The position numbers were made by a program, and so were the translations under genes. Shown here in pieces: positions 58,850-64,000 of a stretch of 64,000 nucleotides of DNA (positions within the stretch are counted from its first letter, which is position 1; each line of letters begins with the position of its first letter). Where the stretch lies: NCBI RefSeq assembly GCF_009914755.1, contig NC_060935.1, one strand, 5' to 3'. Below the pieces are notes generated by a model. That model saw only the letters and a list, made by a program, of their open reading frames with translations, was not told the DNA's origin and made no database searches. The DNA comes from the human T2T-CHM13v2.0 reference genome, Homo sapiens.

Positions 58850-60064
58850 GAATCAGAATATAACAAAATTCAAAAAAGAAAATGAAAATAATTCTAAACT
58901 GTTAACATTTTGTAAACAGTATAATTTTTACTAATTATTTTCTTTTGTGCACTTAATTCCTATATGTACATGTATGTATAGGTTGCATAATAATACTATA
59001 TATTCAGTGTATTTTCATCATCTGATAACCAAAATTTTTTGCTATGCCATGAACTGTGTTATATTAACCTTTTATAAACCCTACAATTCTATGGTTCAGG
59101 TTTTGGCTAGTGCCCCGGGGATAACTTACTAAGTTAACTAACTGTTTACCAGCTGATAAGTAGACATTTTGAAGCATTACCAAAAAAGTGATGCAGGTGA
59201 TTTATTCTGGTTTGGCAGTGTCACCTAATTCATCTACATGAAATATTTGTGCAATATGTTTTGCTATTTTCATGTACTTTTTAAATTTTTATGAAATAAA
59301 AGTGAGAGCAAAAGGACACAATCAGCCCTGAGACCAATAAACATTTTATAATGAATTTAGTTGCTTAAAACTTACTTCCTCCATATATAATCAGGTCAAA
59401 TTTTTTCTTAAATATGGGTTAAAAGTATATAGAAATTGAGCTGAACTATTGTACAGAGAACTATTTGCCCAAGATGGGGAAGCAAAGGAAGAGTCTGGAA
59501 GAAAACACAGTGTGAATCAGGGTAAAATATTAATGTGGTTTTGTGTTAAGTAATGATAATAAAATCAATTTTCATGTAAATTTAAAAGTGAGTCTAGAAG
59601 GAAGCATGACCATAATCTAGAATTTCAGGAGATAATTTGTTGGTATGTATAAAGCGGCTACTTTTGTATGTATTTATTGTACATTTGATGAGTTTTTGGA
59701 AGAGCAATTCTGTTCATCAGAAATTTAGTGATCCTGAGACAGGCTAATGTGGAGATTAAAAAGCCAGAATCACACCCTTTGACAATAGGTATCATTAGGT
59801 TTTAAGCCAAATAAGAGGCAAAAAGTGACTTTTTACGTCAAGGCCACCTCAATAGACTTGGTGATTGCAAAGTTGCCATGAACAAGGGGTTTTCTTGCTC
59901 ATGTTTTTTCTAACGTTAAAAACTATTTTGTTCAGGTTCAGAGTTGTTTATAATGGCAAGAAAATTATTTTACCATTTACTATGTCATGGCAAAAGCCTA
60001 ATTCTGATCAGAGATTTTAAATCTCTCAATTTAAATGATATATAGTGTAATGCTCTAGGTAATT

Positions 60065-61135
<1,071 letters not shown>

Positions 61136-61965
61136 CGGTACTGATAAAACTTTTTCAATGGTTATCTTCTAAAAACACCTGGGAGAGTTCATTAAATCAG
61201 GTTTAAGTCTCTTTTCAAGGAAAGCACCACCTCTCCCACCCCACACACATGAACAATACACACACATTTTCTTCCTTTAATGCTATAGAATTAACAAAGT
61301 TTTTCCGTTTGATTTGGAGATGCAAGAGTCTCTGTATATATCCAAAATATTCTAGGAATTATGCTACCACCAATGAGACATCTATAGTTAATGATAAATT
61401 AAACTCTCCTTTTTTTATAGAAAATATATGCCATAAACAGAGCACTTTTCTATGTAATCTAAAATTGTGTTCATACATATATGATGAAGAACTCATCTGT
61501 TAGGGGCAAATGACTCCATAGTATCAAGAGATTTCTCTATACTGCCTGGTATCTGTTGTTCCATTAGTGATGGCACTGAAATTATTTCAATCTTTCATTT
61601 TTCATTGTGGCTAATATTTGCTTTGTTATTTTTATTTTTTGTTTGTTTGTTTAGTTCTGTACTCTTTGCTTTCAGGTGATCAGCTGTCATTTAATATTTT
61701 TAGTAAAATGTAACTGTTCTTATTCCTTCATCTTCCATTTTTCTACTCTCAAGTTGCCAATAGCTGAGAAAACAGAATGTCAAATTATATTGTCAATTTA
61801 ATTTTTTTTTTTAGTTTTTAAAACATTTTTTAGTTTTTTATGGGTCCATAGTAAATGTGTATATTTATGGGGTACATGCGATGTTCTGATACAGGCATGC
61901 AATGTGAAATAAGCACATCTTGGAAAATGGTTTATCCGTCTTCCAAGCCTTTATCCATTGAGTTA

Positions 61966-62066
61966 TTATGTTGGTGCAAAAGTAATGGCGGTTTTTGCCG
62001 TTTGTTTTATGTTTGTTTTGTTTTGTTTTAATAACAAAAACTGCCATTACTTTTGCACCAGTCTAA
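61966..62066. mobile_element. MADE1 (Hsmar1-derived MITE) inserted at TA in an L1MA 3' fragment (61805-62085)
   Basis: TIRs ttatgttggtgcaaaagtaatggcggttttt / aaaaactgccattacttttgcaccagtctaa. Confidence 0.88.
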
Positions 62067-62430
62067 TACAAACAATGCAGTTACGTGATATAAGCCAGGC
62101 ACAGAATGACAAAAATTGCATGTTCTCAGTGTAATAATTTTGAACCTGTTTCAGTGTGATGGCATACTCACATATGAATGTTCGGATGCCTCTTATTTCC
62201 TTGTACATGTCTATGTCTGAATAATTTATATTCTGAATTGACCTCCAAATACAGGGTGTTAGTGGTCCATATAATGAAATAATAATTAAACTTACAAACT
62301 GCAAGTCTCTAAGTTCTCATTTAGTTTGTGTTATGCTTTTTGATGTTACTCTGCTATTTTCCTAGTTGTTGGCATAATTGAATTACTGAAGCCATCCACG
62401 TTTGTTTTAATTATAACATACATAAATTTG

Positions 62431-63355
62431 TCATGGAAAAAGTTTTCTATGTATGACTCTCAAAGAGCATTTTTTACATCTTTGTTCCTCAGACTCTAGA
62501 TGAGTGGATTCAGCATGGGAATGACAGTCATATAGAATACAAATGCCAACTGTGCGTGGATCAGGGATGATGTTTTATCCAGTTGCAAATAGGTGAAAAT
62601 CAGGGACCCATAGAAGATAGTTAACCCATGAGGTGGAATGCGCAGGTGGAGAAGGCCTTCTGCCATCCTGCTGCCCACTGGTTCTTCAGGATGGCTGAGG
62701 TGATGGCGATATAAGTGACTGTGATGATAAGGATAGAGCCAAGAAGAGTGAATCCAGCTAAGGCAAAGCTCACCATTTCTGTGCTGAATGCATCTACACA
62801 GGACAGTGCTAAAAGAGCTGTGGTGTCACAGAAAAAAAAGATTGATGCTGGAATCACAGAACAAAACCACTTATCACACAGACAGATACCAGAGAATTTG
62901 TGAAACCTATCGTGTATGACATTACTCCCAGCCAGTTGCACGCTTTCTAAGAAATGACTACTGAATGAGGGATTCCAGATTGCTACATAGCAATCATAGG
63001 CCATTGATCCCAGCAGGAAACACTCAGTACACACCAATCCAACAGAAAAGTACATTTGAACAAAGCAGCCAACAAAGGAGATGGATCTCTGATTGGATTG
63101 GAAATTCGCCAATGTCTTAGGTGTTACGGAAGAGGAGTAAAATATGTCAATGAATGCTAAATTGCTGAGGAAAAAGTACATAGGGGTGTGAAGCTGAGAA
63201 TCCATTCTGATTAACATGATCAGTCCCAGGTTTCCCAAAATAGTGAATAGATAAATGAAGAGAAACATCAAGAAAAAACTGACTTGTAATTCAGGGTGAT
63301 TTGCATATCCAGAGAGGATGAAGACAGTCACCTCAGTGAAATTGCTGCCAGCTGT
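62431..63355 (-). pseudogene. OR8I1P: OR8I-subfamily olfactory receptor pseudogene
   Basis: ACA at the expected ATG position (x-AGSNFTEVTVFILSG), MAYDCY, frameshifts after VAIWNP and near HLMG, TAG in place of Y of PLIYSL (62496-62498), further frameshift before the ancestral RVIHRKLFP* end (stop 62431-62433). Confidence 0.85.
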
Positions 63356-63675
63356 TTATATCAACTCAGGCCTTTGACTTACCTGCTCAATAACAATAAG
63401 GAAAGTTAGAGAAGGATTCAAATCTAAAGGCCCTATAATCAAATTTGACTCAGACTCCAACAATGAAAGAGTTACAAATGGAAAGGAAAATTTAGTGATT
63501 TCAAGTTAGGGATTTATGCATAATTTTTATTTTTTACAAATTGACAGACATTAATTAAAACAAAGTTCACAATTTTGTGGACTAAAAAACATGTGTCTGG
63601 AAGGATGTCTAGGACGAAAGATTCCTCCTGAGATGTACCGTTCTCTGCCCCAGTCTAACATCGGGTCTTGCAATT

Positions 63676-63870
63676 TAATGAAAATAACTGTATCTAATGA
63701 ATATTCTAATTTATCTAATGAAATTAATTTTATCTAATGAATACAGTAATTTATCTAATGAAATTAATTTTAGCTAACAAATATAGCAATTTAATGAAAT
63801 TAATTGGTGATTTATCTAATGAAATTAATTGTATGATACTCAGCAATTTATCTAATGAAATTAATTATAT
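63676..63870. repeat. Degenerate ~20-bp tandem repeat (ATTTATCTAATGAAATTAATT) rich in homeodomain motifs
   Basis: TAATGA at 63676, 63695, 63716, 63735, 63756, 63792, 63817, 63853. Confidence 0.9.
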
Positions 63871-64000
63871 GATACTCTTAGAAAAAATAAAAAACCCATT
63901 TAGAAAAGGAAGTTCTACAATTTGTGAACTTAGTAATTCCTTTTTGTTGCAGTCTTATTTTCTTAACATCTAACTACTTCACAGGATTATTTTAGGAGCT

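Noticed and set aside
62621-63331. 236-aa ORF as a functional short receptor
   Set aside because: No ATG start, out-of-frame middle section, lacks TM6-TM7; part of the pseudogene

Overview
Primate (human-type) genomic DNA from an AT-rich, repeat-dense class II olfactory receptor (OR) cluster. From the protein sequences I recognise it as the chr11q12 OR5T3-OR5T1-OR8H1 region. It holds three open OR CDSs (OR5T3 +, OR5T1 +, OR8H1 -) and one multiply disrupted OR8I-type pseudogene (-). Most remaining sequence is L1, Alu, LTR/ERV (LTR8A, THE1, ERVL/MLT2, MER52, LTR13, MER4, MER57) and DNA transposon (MER44, Tigger1, MADE1) debris. Repeat subfamily calls come from recalled consensus sequences, and boundaries are approximate unless a TSD is given. 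Main non-obvious structure: (1) ~1-19.8 kb and ~30-42.8 kb are an ancient tandem duplication of a head-to-head OR5T gene pair. This gives four paralogous promoter/first-exon modules, one of them (~31.3 kb, -) orphaned with no OR CDS behind it. (2) A natural array of eight TAATGA homeodomain motifs lies upstream of the OR8I pseudogene. (3) A 5'-truncated ERV1 provirus is flanked by a ~580-bp host duplication. (4) OR5T3 and OR5T1 share a gene-conversion-like tract, and OR5T3 carries several conserved-motif substitutions. No prokaryotic-type systems are present.
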